Source: Theionarchaea archaeon
Lineage (GTDB): Archaea; Methanobacteriota_B; Thermococci; Methanofastidiosales; SZ-28-30
Direction: 5' to 3'
DNA length: 64,000 nt
Assembly: GCA_018992685.1 (NCBI GenBank)
Contig: JACVGT010000001.1
Coordinates: forward strand, 100,458-164,457
In this document: positions 21,097 through 31,415 of the stretch, piece by piece
Position numbering within the stretch: position 1 is the stretch's first letter
How the letters are laid out: each line of letters opens with the position of its first letter
The notes under the pieces: model-generated
Seen by the model: the letters and a program-made list of their open reading frames with translations, nothing else
Told to the model about the DNA's origin: nothing
The model's database searches: none
Position numbers and translations under genes: made by a program

Positions 21097-24000
21097 CTAG
21101 AACTCAAGCATCTCCAGTAGGATTTCTATGAGTTCTCTGTACGCTTTGTTTCTCTGGTAACTCCAGTGAATTGAGGCGATGTAATTTCCCTCGTTGTAGT
21201 ACTGCTCAGAGTTTTCACAGCACTCTGCTACAAGGGGCAGCAGCTCCTGCACCCTCTGCCATTCTTCGGGGTACATCTTGTCCAGTCCCTTTTCCAGCAC
21301 CAGATTCATCAGATGGTTCACCACATCTTCCAGACTCTGGCAACAGGGGGTTCTTTCATTGATTTCGAACGTGGGATCACCGCTCTTGATCCGTTCGATG
21401 AGATCCCTGAACTCTCTGAAGCAATTGTCTTTGAGGTAGCGTGCCAGAGGACGGTAAAGCAGCTTTGGCTGATATGGTGTTTTGAGGGAGGGGACAGGGA
21501 TGCGTGCTGATCCCTCGCCTGACACCGGGGGGAGCCCATGATATTCTCCGGTTACAACGACTCTGTTACGAGCTGTCGGTTCCAGACCATTAAAGATTGC
21601 GGCAAACGTAATGATTCTGACATCTCCTGGCGCTAGGGGACCAATGTTGTTCCAGATGATGGTAGTAGTACCGTCAAGATTGGATACCACTAGGTCTGGG
21701 AGGACACTTGCTGCGTTTGCGTAATCCAGTCCAGGGGAAAGAGTATCCACCACCTGCACTGGGTCCAGGGGAAGCTGTCCCACATTGGTTATGGTGATGG
21801 TAAACGTCAAAACGTCTCCCTCTTGAGCCGTCTTAGGAGAGACCGATTTCACGACACCTATGGCGAGAGTCAATGGTGTCCCTGATACAGTGATTGTTGA
21901 GAAGTCCTGGTCATCTTCCCCAGGAACGTCGTTGCCGGGGGTTGAATCGGGATCGAGACACTCAGAAGTGTGAACCTGAGCGATATTCGTGATTACTCCT
22001 GTTCCAGTGACTTGAGCCGTGATCTGGAGAGTGGCGGAGGCTCCACTCGCAAGGGTAGTGACAGTCCAGATGCCTGAGCCACTGTCATAGGTTCCCTGGC
22101 TCACAACACTTGAGACGTAGCTCAATCCTGTGGGTAGAACATCTTCCACCGTCATGTCGGTGCAAGCGTCTGGTCCATCATTGTAGACGATAATGGTGAA
22201 AGTTATGGTATCTCCCACATTTGGATAGGGATTGCTGACCGTCTTTTCTACCCTTAAGTCAGCCGTGGGTGGTGCAGCTGTCTCTGAATCTTCGTCATCT
22301 TCACTCTGGTCTCCATCATCGTTGTCAGGTGTTGAATCAGGATCAGTGTGGTCTGATGCCGTCACTTGAGCTACATTCGTGTAGGTACCAGGAATCTGTA
22401 CCACCACCTGGAACGTCAAAACCACATTGCTGCCATTTGCCAGGCTGTTGATCGTCCAGGTCAGAATGGGATCGCCTGAATCATCTCTGGAATCTCCACC
22501 TGCTATCGTCCCTGCAGCGTAGACAAATCCACTGGGTATGAAATCCTCCACCGTCACGTTGGTGGCTGTATCAGGTCCATCATTGTAGACCGTGATGGTG
22601 AAGGTTATAGTGTCTCCTGGATCGGGAATAGAGTTGTCAACACTTTTCTTGATCCACAGATCAGCCTGCTGCGGTCGAGCCGTCTCTGAGTCTTCGTCAT
22701 CTTCACTCTGGTCTCCATCATCATTGTCAGGTGTTGAATCTGGATCATACTGGTCAGATGCAGTCACTTGAGCCACATTCTTGTAGGTACCTGTGGCCTG
22801 TACTACCACCTGGAACGTCAGACTCACATTGCTGCCATTTGCCAGGCTGTTGATTGTCCAGGTCAGAATGGGATCGCCTGAATCATCTCTGGAATCTCCA
22901 CCTGCTATCGTCCCTGCAGAGTAGACAAATCCACTGGGGATCACATCTTCTACCGTTACATTGGTAGCTGTATCAGGCCCATCATTGTAGACTGTAATGG
23001 TGAAGGTTATGGTATCCCCCACATCTGGATTGGAATCACTGACTGTCTTCTCAATCCGCAGATCAGCTGTAGGTACTGCTGCTGTCTCTGAATCTTCATC
23101 GTCTTCGCTCTGGTCTCCGTCATCATTATGAGGTGTTGAATCAGGATCATGCTGGTCTGACGCAGTCACTTCAGCTACATTCTTGTAGTCACCTGATGCC
23201 TGTACCACCACCTGGAAGGTGAGACTCACATTGCTACCGTTTGCCAGGCTGTTAATTGTCCATGTCAAGGTAGGAGCACCTGAATCGTCTCTGGAATCTC
23301 CACCTGCTATCGTCCCTGCAGCGTAGACAAATCCACTGGGTATGAAATCCTCCACCGTCACATTGGTGGCTGTATCGGGTCCATCATTGTAGACCGTGAT
23401 GGTGAACGTAATGGTGTCTCCTGGATTGGGTGTGGAATCACTGACTGTCTTATCAATCCTCAGATCTGCTTGCTGGGGTGAGGCTGTATCAAAGTCTTCA
23501 TCATCTTCACTCTGGTCTCCATCATCATTATCGGGTGTTGAATCTGGATCATGCTGGTCTGATGCTGTCACCTGAGCTACATTCTTGTAGGTACCTGAGG
23601 CCTGTACCACCGCCTGGAAGGTCAGACTCACATTACTACCGTTTGCCAGGCTGTTGATCGTCCAGGTCAGAATGGGATCGCCTGAATCATCTCTGGAATC
23701 TCCACCTGCTATCGTCCCTGCAGCGTACGTGTATCCACTGGGGATCACATCTTCCACCGTCACGTTGGTAGCTGTATCAGGCCCATCATTGTAGACCGTA
23801 ATGGTGAAGGTTATGGTATCCCCCACATCTGGATTGGAATCACTGATTGTCTTCTCTATCCTCAGATCTGCTGAAGACGGCACCGTAATCGTTTCATAGT
23901 CTTCATCGTCTTCGCTCTGATCTCCGTCATCATTGTTGGGAGTTGAATCTGGATCAGTCTCAGCACTAGAATACACCTGTGCAACGTTCTTGATTGAGCC

Positions 24001-25098
24001 AGTCATGGTGACTTGCGCTGTAATCTGCAAGGTTGCACTTCCTCCGTTGGCGATGAGACCAACGGTCCAAATGCCAGTTACATTGTTATAGCTGCCCTGG
24101 CTTGGAGAAGCAGAAATGTAACTCAGTCCTGCTGGCAGAATATCTTCTACTGATACCTCAGTAGCATCGTTTGGTCCATCATTGTACACGGTAATGGTGA
24201 AGGTGACATTGTCACCAAGGTTAGGCGTCGAATTGTTAACCGTTTTCTCCAGCCGCAAGTCTGCAATACCTTTTACTACGATGATTGTAATATCTGGATA
24301 GTCTGCGTTATAGTGATAACTGCCCCCACTTTCGTCGGTAATGAAGGAATCAATATTCGTAGTCCCTGGAGACAGTGCTCTGAACGTCCATACTGACGTG
24401 AAATCATCATCCATAGGGAGATCCAGTCGCACGTTGTTCGAGGTCACAGGAGGACTGGGTGGCTCCTGCCAGGTGACCAAAACGCTCACTGGTTCGATAA
24501 TGAGGGGATTATACTTTGAAACAGGCAGGTTAACTATATTGTAATTCTTTGCGCCAGTTGTACTGTGCACAGTCACAGTAAATGTTGAGCCCACCACCGG
24601 AGTTGAGGTGGAAGCCACTATTGACACGACCTCATTTCTGGCCTGAGACCTCAATCGTTCCACACTCAGCGTTCCTGTAATAGTATCCGCTGTTCCTGTG
24701 TCTGTTCCCTGAACTGTAATGGTGTAATTTCTTGTGGTATTATAGGCACCAGAATTCCTGGTTATTTCAATAAGATAGAAAAGATCCACTGTTGCCCCAG
24801 CTGCAATGTCCCCCAGTGACTTGACAGCTGATTCATTCGGTGCCAGGTTAATATACGTATTGACTGATGTCCATGATAACGTTCCAACAACGCTGTGTGC
24901 TGTTGTGCCCGCTGAATTCGTGACATGAATCTGAATGAGATATTGATTTGGCCCATCGTTGACATTGTTATGGTCTAGCCCCATTCTGTCCCACGATCCC
25001 TTGACAAGTTGGAGTGTTCCCGCATTTGCCAAGGGGAGCATCTGAAAGAGCATGATGCCCACTGCTAAAGCCGCCAACGTTACTTTCCTCTTTTTCAT
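21097..25098 (-). CDS. Large secreted surface protein with about 7 DUF11 (Ig-like) domains and a Cys-rich C-terminal domain
   Basis: Signal peptide; repeated ADLRIEKTVS..P..GDTITFTITVYNDGPD..T.V.VED.IP.G and acidic DPDSTPDNDDGDQSEDDED loops. Confidence 0.9.
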   Translation of the reverse strand: MKKRKVTLAALAVGIMLFQMLPLANAGTLQLVKGSWDRMGLDHNNVNDGPNQYLIQIHVTNSAGTTAHSVVGTLSWTSVNTYINLAPNESAVKSLGDIAAGATVDLFYLIEITRNSGAYNTTRNYTITVQGTDTGTADTITGTLSVERLRSQARNEVVSIVASTSTPVVGSTFTVTVHSTTGAKNYNIVNLPVSKYNPLIIEPVSVLVTWQEPPSPPVTSNNVRLDLPMDDDFTSVWTFRALSPGTTNIDSFITDESGGSYHYNADYPDITIIVVKGIADLRLEKTVNNSTPNLGDNVTFTITVYNDGPNDATEVSVEDILPAGLSYISASPSQGSYNNVTGIWTVGLIANGGSATLQITAQVTMTGSIKNVAQVYSSAETDPDSTPNNDDGDQSEDDEDYETITVPSSADLRIEKTISDSNPDVGDTITFTITVYNDGPDTATNVTVEDVIPSGYTYAAGTIAGGDSRDDSGDPILTWTINSLANGSNVSLTFQAVVQASGTYKNVAQVTASDQHDPDSTPDNDDGDQSEDDEDFDTASPQQADLRIDKTVSDSTPNPGDTITFTITVYNDGPDTATNVTVEDFIPSGFVYAAGTIAGGDSRDDSGAPTLTWTINSLANGSNVSLTFQVVVQASGDYKNVAEVTASDQHDPDSTPHNDDGDQSEDDEDSETAAVPTADLRIEKTVSDSNPDVGDTITFTITVYNDGPDTATNVTVEDVIPSGFVYSAGTIAGGDSRDDSGDPILTWTINSLANGSNVSLTFQVVVQATGTYKNVAQVTASDQYDPDSTPDNDDGDQSEDDEDSETARPQQADLWIKKSVDNSIPDPGDTITFTITVYNDGPDTATNVTVEDFIPSGFVYAAGTIAGGDSRDDSGDPILTWTINSLANGSNVVLTFQVVVQIPGTYTNVAQVTASDHTDPDSTPDNDDGDQSEDDEDSETAAPPTADLRVEKTVSNPYPNVGDTITFTIIVYNDGPDACTDMTVEDVLPTGLSYVSSVVSQGTYDSGSGIWTVTTLASGASATLQITAQVTGTGVITNIAQVHTSECLDPDSTPGNDVPGEDDQDFSTITVSGTPLTLAIGVVKSVSPKTAQEGDVLTFTITITNVGQLPLDPVQVVDTLSPGLDYANAASVLPDLVVSNLDGTTTIIWNNIGPLAPGDVRIITFAAIFNGLEPTARNRVVVTGEYHGLPPVSGEGSARIPVPSLKTPYQPKLLYRPLARYLKDNCFREFRDLIERIKSGDPTFEINERTPCCQSLEDVVNHLMNLVLEKGLDKMYPEEWQRVQELLPLVAECCENSEQYYNEGNYIASIHWSYQRNKAYRELIEILLEMLEF
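22264..23871 (-). repeat. Four near-identical 402-bp intragenic tandem units (DUF11 domains), A-B-A-B pattern
   Basis: CAGATC anchor recurs at 22657, 23059, 23461 and 23863 (period 402). Confidence 0.85.
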
Positions 25099-25214
25099 TT
25101 GATCACTCCGTTCTTTTTATGCGAGGATAAATAAGTACTTTTCGCTTACAAGATGGAAGTGTAGAGTCTCGATATATCTTTGTCTTTTCTTCCAGTTATC
25201 AGGCTTCATTTCAA

Positions 25215-25574
25215 TCACTCTCCATCCTTTTGCAGAGCAGTCCACAGAGGTATTGCGGGCGGAACCCTATGAAGGAGTTTCTCCTGAGTTACAGATTCGT
25301 AGGGCTTCATATTGCAGAGGAATTGTACATAGACAGAAGCTGTTGCTTCAGATTTTGCTCTTGATAAATTACATCCGAGAGAATTCAGTTTTACGCGGTT
25401 TCCTTCCTTTGATGCGAGTCCCCATATTTCATTTGCATTGATCTTTCGGGGATAGAGGTTCTTCTCTTCAGCGATTGCATGAGTTTCTTCGATTGTCACA
25501 GCCGCAGGATCTGTTCTTAAATGGTCAACTATTGCCTGAACATCTTCCAGATTTGCTAGAATCGGCAAAGACAT
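25215..25574 (-). pseudogene. Probable truncated N-terminal winged-helix fragment of a larger gene
   Basis: GGAGGT SD, then a helical/wing-like segment (WGLASKEGNRVKLNSLG) that runs into non-protein-like sequence. Confidence 0.35.
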
Positions 25575-25866
25575 TCTCTAACCTCCACCTATATGCTTGC
25601 ATTGCCTTCTTGATTTTTTTGATTCTCCAGAGCCCCCTGTGAGGAGGAGGCTGGCTTATCTGCTGGCTGAAATGTTGTGGCACGCATTACTGATTTTCAA
25701 TGGAGGAGCGAGGATATTGAGAGCTATAGCATCATGGATTGAGTTTCATCTTTCACCTTCTTATGTGCTCTTCAACCTTAAAGCTCTTTCCACTGCCAGG
25801 AACGCTGCTCTTGGTGAGAAACTCTTGCCAGTAGTTGACATCAGTGATTGTTGCGGGAGGTAGAAC

Positions 25867-26373
25867 ATGGAAGAAAAGCCCTTTGACCCTGTCACAGTGG
25901 ATATTCTGGAGAGGATTGTTGAAAACCGGAAGTGTACGGAAGAAGAGTTGAGGGAGAGCCCAGAAGTGATCAAAGAGAGCCAGAGAATCATAGACGATCT
26001 TGAGAGGAATGGACTCATAGAAATAGTACAGGAGACAGTGAAACTCACAGAGAAAGCCAGGATTCTCCTGAAAACTTTTAATGAACTGGGCAGTATACTG
26101 GAGGAAGGAGGTGTGACCATGGAACATAAAGAGGACGATCAAGAAGGGTATTTCCGTGAAATGTTTAATTTCTGCTGCATTTTAAGAGGAGAAGTAAAGT
26201 ACTTAGAGGAAATCAAAGAGCACATTATTACAGAGTACGTGAGGACAGAGAAAATCAAATTGATCAAGCCAACGTATGATAAAACTGAATTGTACATTCT
26301 GACAGATGCCCAGTGGAAAGAATACCAGACATTGAAGGAAAAGGATCGAAGATTGATTGAATCTTTGGGTTAA
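25867..26373 (+). CDS. Small wHTH protein fused in frame to a second small domain (possible second start at 26119)
   Basis: GGAGGT SD; LE.NGLIE....VKLTEKA wing motif; internal GGAGGTG-ATG. Confidence 0.55.
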   Translation: MEEKPFDPVTVDILERIVENRKCTEEELRESPEVIKESQRIIDDLERNGLIEIVQETVKLTEKARILLKTFNELGSILEEGGVTMEHKEDDQEGYFREMFNFCCILRGEVKYLEEIKEHIITEYVRTEKIKLIKPTYDKTELYILTDAQWKEYQTLKEKDRRLIESLG

Positions 26374-26665
26374 GTACAGAAATCCAGGATTTTTCCAGAT
26401 TTAGTACGGGAGACGGCACATGGGAGATTCAAACCATAGCAAAGGATGTGGACGACAGTCATTGTATCCATGTCCTGTACTGAAACCTAAAGAGGTGAAC
26501 CCATGGAACCAAAAAGTGACTTTGAGGGACACAGTACTGTGCTGTCTCTTAGAAAGAAGTGTGACAAATCTGAAGCGGATCTTCCATTGCAGGAGAGAGA
26601 ACATATAGAATCACAACCTGGATGCCCATGTAGTTACCCAGCATCTGTAACCAGGGGGTGGTTCA

Positions 26666-27601
26666 ATGGATGATAGTCTGTACACGTACTACAGAATCTA
26701 TAACCAGTTGTATGAGAACCCCTTTGTGCCTGTGGGGGAGATTGCCTTAAAATTGGAGATGTCTGAAGCTGATGTCAATACGTGTCTGGATGGTATGTAC
26801 CAGTCTTCAATCTTGCTGGGACCTGTTATCTCTGTAAAGCCTGCTTCAACCTATCACGTATACTGCTATTTTTTCAAGGCTAATGACCCGAAAAGCCTGT
26901 TAAGGTCTTTCCAGGAATCAGTTGTCTCCAAGAGTAGAGGATCGGGTGACTGGAATGTCATGGTTATTACTGACCAGGAGATGGAATTTACTGCAGGGAA
27001 AGGAGACTGTATTCATTCCGGGAAAAAGGGAGGAACCTTCATTTCCAAGGTCACCCAATTGGACTGGGATCACTCCTTAAAGGAGATATCTTCCCGGATA
27101 CGTACTCCTGACACCAAGAGTATCTCGTATGAGGAGGCACCACTATTGAATTGGGGTGAGAAGGAATGGATGTTATACCATGCTTTCCAGTTGAATGCGC
27201 GGCAGGACCCAGATCCCGTTCTCAAGAAGTTAGGGATTGACTCTAGAACCTACAGGAACTGGTTATCCACCTTATCCATGGCAGCTCATGTACAACCAGC
27301 CTTTAACTCTCATGGATTTTCTAAGTGTGGGATGTTTGATTTCCTCTTGAAATCAGACTACCAAAACCAGATCATGGACATTCTGGGGTTACTCCCCTGT
27401 TCCTGTGGATTTTTCTCTGCAGGTGACTTTCTGCTGGTAAGGTTCTTCCTCACATGGCCTGGCGAAGCCAAGAAGGTGGACACCATCTTACGGTACCTGG
27501 AGAAGTATGGCTACTGTACCGATTGGTTGAGGTCCTTCATCCTGTCCACCAGTCCTCGTAACTATGATGCTGACGAAGTTGAGACCTCTACAGTGCGGTA
27601 G
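26666..27601 (+). CDS. HTH transcriptional regulator, Lrp/AsnC-like duplicated architecture (paralog 1)
   Basis: N-terminal HTH (IA.KL.MS..V..CL..MY); shares GP.I...PA, GDWN.MVITD and L.WGE.EW..YHAF motifs with the next gene. Confidence 0.6.
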   Translation: MDDSLYTYYRIYNQLYENPFVPVGEIALKLEMSEADVNTCLDGMYQSSILLGPVISVKPASTYHVYCYFFKANDPKSLLRSFQESVVSKSRGSGDWNVMVITDQEMEFTAGKGDCIHSGKKGGTFISKVTQLDWDHSLKEISSRIRTPDTKSISYEEAPLLNWGEKEWMLYHAFQLNARQDPDPVLKKLGIDSRTYRNWLSTLSMAAHVQPAFNSHGFSKCGMFDFLLKSDYQNQIMDILGLLPCSCGFFSAGDFLLVRFFLTWPGEAKKVDTILRYLEKYGYCTDWLRSFILSTSPRNYDADEVETSTVR

Positions 27602-27611
27602 TGGTGATCCA

Positions 27612-28553
27612 ATGACCAGGGTATGGGAGAAAAAACAGAAGAATTTTCACAAGATCTATGAGCAGATTACCCTCTCACCAGGGATACCCATCTATGAGAT
27701 TGCTGAAAAAACGAGGTTATCCCGGAATACAGTCTCCAAGTACCTGGGTGAGATGTACGAAGATATGGTCTTAATTGGTCCCCAGATCAGGATGGTACCC
27801 GCCCCTGATTACAAGGAATACATACATCTCATGAACTTTAAAAATCCCTATTTCGTTTTTCGGAACCTCCAAGGGTTCCCCCACGTTCTCTGGTATGCCG
27901 TAACCTACGGAGACTGGAATTTCATGGTGATAACTGATAGACAGATAGATTTTTCCCACTTACCCGAGTACGAAGAGACCATCTACCAGGGGATACGGTA
28001 TCACTCAGCAACACCCAGAACGGAGTATACCTCATGGGCGAACAGTCTTGAGAAGGCCTTCAACGAGATTAAAACCTTCAATCCCCACAGAGAACAAAAG
28101 AATCGTCAAATAGCACCCCTCCTAGCCTGGGGAGAAGATGAATGGAAGATGTACCATGCCTTCAAGGGCAATACCCGAAAGATTGCAACTACCACCTTAA
28201 AGCAGATCCACGTGCGGTACGAATCCTATGTCGAGTGGATAAAAGACTTAGACACCCACTGTTCTATCCATACAGGGTTCTATCCTGAGGGATATCCAAC
28301 ATACCTCAACTACTGCTTCCTCTTTTCCACCTCTTATGAACAGACGGTAAAGAAGATCTTCTCTTATCTCCCCACCACACCCTTCTTCATGGAGGCTGGC
28401 GATCAGTTCATGGTTTTCACCAGTGTAGCACTATCAGGGATTGTGAGGAAGTTATTCCGTCTCATCTTTGACATGAAAACCCAGGGAATCATAAGAACCT
28501 TCAACTATGCAACCCTTCTCTTTCAGGCTGAAAGCGAGTTATTGCCAGAATGA
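27612..28553 (+). CDS. HTH transcriptional regulator, Lrp/AsnC-like duplicated architecture (paralog 2)
   Basis: IAEKTRLSRNTVSKYL HTH; GGTGA SD before ATG 27612. Confidence 0.65.
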   Translation: MTRVWEKKQKNFHKIYEQITLSPGIPIYEIAEKTRLSRNTVSKYLGEMYEDMVLIGPQIRMVPAPDYKEYIHLMNFKNPYFVFRNLQGFPHVLWYAVTYGDWNFMVITDRQIDFSHLPEYEETIYQGIRYHSATPRTEYTSWANSLEKAFNEIKTFNPHREQKNRQIAPLLAWGEDEWKMYHAFKGNTRKIATTTLKQIHVRYESYVEWIKDLDTHCSIHTGFYPEGYPTYLNYCFLFSTSYEQTVKKIFSYLPTTPFFMEAGDQFMVFTSVALSGIVRKLFRLIFDMKTQGIIRTFNYATLLFQAESELLPE

Positions 28554-28849
28554 TGGCTGGAAATTGTGATCCGGCAATCCCCTCTTGATGGCTCTGCGGC
28601 ATCCCCAAGGAGAATGTCATTCTGAGTTCTCGACTTCCATTCTCAAACTCCAAGAGTGCATATGCTCTTCAATACTCGATCAGGTCCAAGTTGTCCCGTC
28701 ATATTCCTATATCCGTGCACCATAATATTGCGCGTTCCCACACAAAGTTTCATGTTTGCCAAACGTCTTCTGATAGGTGGTAAAAGCCAAGAGGTCTTCA
28801 AGAACTTCTTTGCCAAATCTTTTAAGGCTCAAAAACACCATCGGTAACT

Positions 28850-29404
28850 ATGAAGATTTTAATCGCGTACTATAGTGAAACAGGGAATACCAAGCATGTT
28901 GCTGAAGCAATCTATGAAGAGGCTTCAAAGGAGCATGATGTGGAGTTAGTTGAGCTCCAGGATGGTTCAATTGATGCTCTGAACAATTCTCAATTGGTGT
29001 TTCTGGGTGCCCCCTGTCATGGCGGAGATCTGGCAAAACCATTAAAACAATTCTTGGCTACTCTTCCTGAGAATCCGGATTTCACACTTGCGGGGTTCTT
29101 TACCCATTCAGTCTTTATGCCTGAAGGAACTACACTAAGAAAAGAATTGTATGAGAAATGGGCTGGAAAATGTATTCCTTCCTTTGAACGCGTATGTCAG
29201 AAGAAAAACATTAAGTTTCTTGGATATTTTCATTGCTGTGGCTCTCCTTCGCCTCCCATTGAAGCGTTTATTCGCCAGGCAATTATCCCTTCTGATGAGG
29301 AATGGGAGGAATACCTATCTGAAACCCGGGACCATCCAAGTGCTAAAGATTTAGAGAACGCCAGAGATTTTGCACAGACAATCATCCGAAAATCTACAGC
29401 CTGA
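28850..29404 (+). CDS. Flavodoxin-family protein
   Basis: KILIAYYSETGNTKHVAEAI FMN-binding loop, VFLGAP. Confidence 0.85.
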   Translation: MKILIAYYSETGNTKHVAEAIYEEASKEHDVELVELQDGSIDALNNSQLVFLGAPCHGGDLAKPLKQFLATLPENPDFTLAGFFTHSVFMPEGTTLRKELYEKWAGKCIPSFERVCQKKNIKFLGYFHCCGSPSPPIEAFIRQAIIPSDEEWEEYLSETRDHPSAKDLENARDFAQTIIRKSTA

Positions 29405-29547
29405 AAAAACCAGCATATGAAGAACCTCCTTTTTTTTCAGGAGATGAATGGAATGAATACCAGAATTTGAAATGTTTTTCATGGAAGAAAGTAAGGAAAA
29501 GACTCAAACAGTAATGTTCATACTAAAAAAGTAAGGAGCTGTACCGC

Positions 29548-29779
29548 ATGAAAGGAGAAGCCACCATAACAGAGAAAGGGCAAGTAATAATACCGAAAGC
29601 AATTCGAGATAAATCAGGGCTGAAAAAAGGCAGAAAAGTCTATTTTGAACTTCGAGGTGAGGAAGCTGCCATATTACCAGAAGTTAAAGGCCCTGGAGGA
29701 GCTCAGGCAGTTGAGGAGAGAAATACAGGTTCCGGAAGAGGAAATCCAATCAGCAATTGAAGAGCCTAAGAAAATATGA
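29548..29779 (+). pseudogene. AbrB/MazE/SpoVT antitoxin, frameshifted, no cognate toxin
   Basis: TITEKGQVIIPKAIR..GL..G motif; a helical tail KALEELRQLRREIQ... continues in another frame to TGA 29779. Confidence 0.65.
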
Positions 29780-29909
29780 AGCAATCAGTACAGCGTATTC
29801 TATAGTGAACAGAATTTAAGGAGATAAAATACTTAAATCCTCAGGTATACAAGAAAAAACCTTTTTAAAACAGGGAGAAGTGTAGGTTACTAGAAAGGAG
29901 AAAGGTAAC

Positions 29910-30362
29910 ATGGAACCAGAAATTAAAAGCAAGCCAGCATTCACAGTTGTTGGCATAAAGTGTAGAGGAAAGAACGAGAACAATGAAATTCCCCAGTTGT
30001 GGTTTAAATTAGGGCCACGGATGAACGAAATCAAGCATAGAGTAGGTCCAGCTTACGGTGTCATGGACAACTACGATGAAGGGAGTGGCACATTTGATTA
30101 CATTGCGGGGATCGAGGTGGATAGTTCTGCTGACATTCCTGAAGGTATGGTCAGTATCGATGTACCCGAACAGACGTACGCAGTTTTTACGACTACCCTA
30201 CCAACCCTTGTTGAAACGTACCAACGTGTCTGTAAGACCTGGCTGCCCCAATCAGATTACAAGCGAGTTCATGGACCAGAATTCGAGCTGTACGATGCAA
30301 CTTTTAACCCAGCAGATGAAACTTCAGAATTGTATGTCTACATTCCTGTGACGAAGAAATAA
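29910..30362 (+). CDS. GyrI-like (AraC effector-binding) domain protein
   Basis: P.F.VVGI, EIPQLW, FDYIAG.EV, YAVF, WLPQS.Y, GPEFELYD, YIPV. Confidence 0.88.
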   Translation: MEPEIKSKPAFTVVGIKCRGKNENNEIPQLWFKLGPRMNEIKHRVGPAYGVMDNYDEGSGTFDYIAGIEVDSSADIPEGMVSIDVPEQTYAVFTTTLPTLVETYQRVCKTWLPQSDYKRVHGPEFELYDATFNPADETSELYVYIPVTKK

Positions 30363-30558
30363 TCGTCTGAATCTTGTTATCTTGAGAGTGAGGTGTCCAT
30401 TAAAGACACTTAAGGAAATGATAGGAAAGGAACCAAAGGACATTGGATTTCATTCATGTGGATTACTCTGAAGAATACATTTACATTCTTACAATTTATA
30501 GATTGTACAACGGCATACTACCCAAAAGGCTTTTAAAGTAAAAAGGAAAAGGAAATGT

Positions 30559-31146
30559 ATGACAATGGAACCTGAGTCAGAAAATGGTGAAAAGATCTGG
30601 AAAAAATTCATGAGAAAGCATTGGAAAGCGGTTGGGTCATTTGTCGTAGGAGGTATTCTGGCATTCATATGTGCAATTCTTGTCTATCTATGGTTCGTAG
30701 AAAAAGCTCAAGTAACTGGTCTGGTACCAATGACTCTAGACCTATGGACCATGGGACATCTCGTGACTTTTATATTACATGTGATTTTCTGGGAAGTTCT
30801 CTTCATCGGAGTCCCGCTAGCTTTAGTAGCTGTAGCAGTCTGGGGGTTGTGGTGGAAAAAATTTCCTGATGACGAAAAGGAAGGATACAGACGCGAACAT
30901 CTTTTCTCCGGTACTCGCTCGCGCGGGACAAACGGAGGAGGAGGAATATCGTTTCTGGTCTTTATTGCGTTCATCATCAAGGTTTACCTTGATGGAAACT
31001 GGAATCTCCCTTTTGCAACGTGGACATTTGACTATCTAGTGTATTCTTGTATTAAAGCATTTATCTGGGTTCTAATCATATGCGGAATACCTTTAGCACT
31101 AGGAGGCATCTGGTGGTTACGCCATGAAATGAAAAAGAACCCCTAG
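30559..31146 (+). CDS. Hypothetical membrane protein (about 4 TM)
   Basis: Long ORF with hydrophobic helices; TTTTAAA box about 25 nt upstream. Confidence 0.7.
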   Translation: MTMEPESENGEKIWKKFMRKHWKAVGSFVVGGILAFICAILVYLWFVEKAQVTGLVPMTLDLWTMGHLVTFILHVIFWEVLFIGVPLALVAVAVWGLWWKKFPDDEKEGYRREHLFSGTRSRGTNGGGGISFLVFIAFIIKVYLDGNWNLPFATWTFDYLVYSCIKAFIWVLIICGIPLALGGIWWLRHEMKKNP

Positions 31147-31415
31147 AATCTTGCGTTTGCTCCTTACCCTTTGCTGAGATTAGGTAGGTCATCAGTGTTG
31201 GCGAGTGGTTAGATAACTGTAAACCAGTGAGTTATTTTACAAAATGTGCAAATTTATCTGACTTTGATGTGTTATTTGAACCACTGGTAGGGGTATCCCT
31301 ATATTAATGCAATTCAAGCCTTATCAAAGAACATTAGTGGCCTTCATGATAGAGATACAGTCAATTCATTGATATGGAATAGCCTCCATTTGTGTACTGG
31401 GCTGTCTGTCTCACC

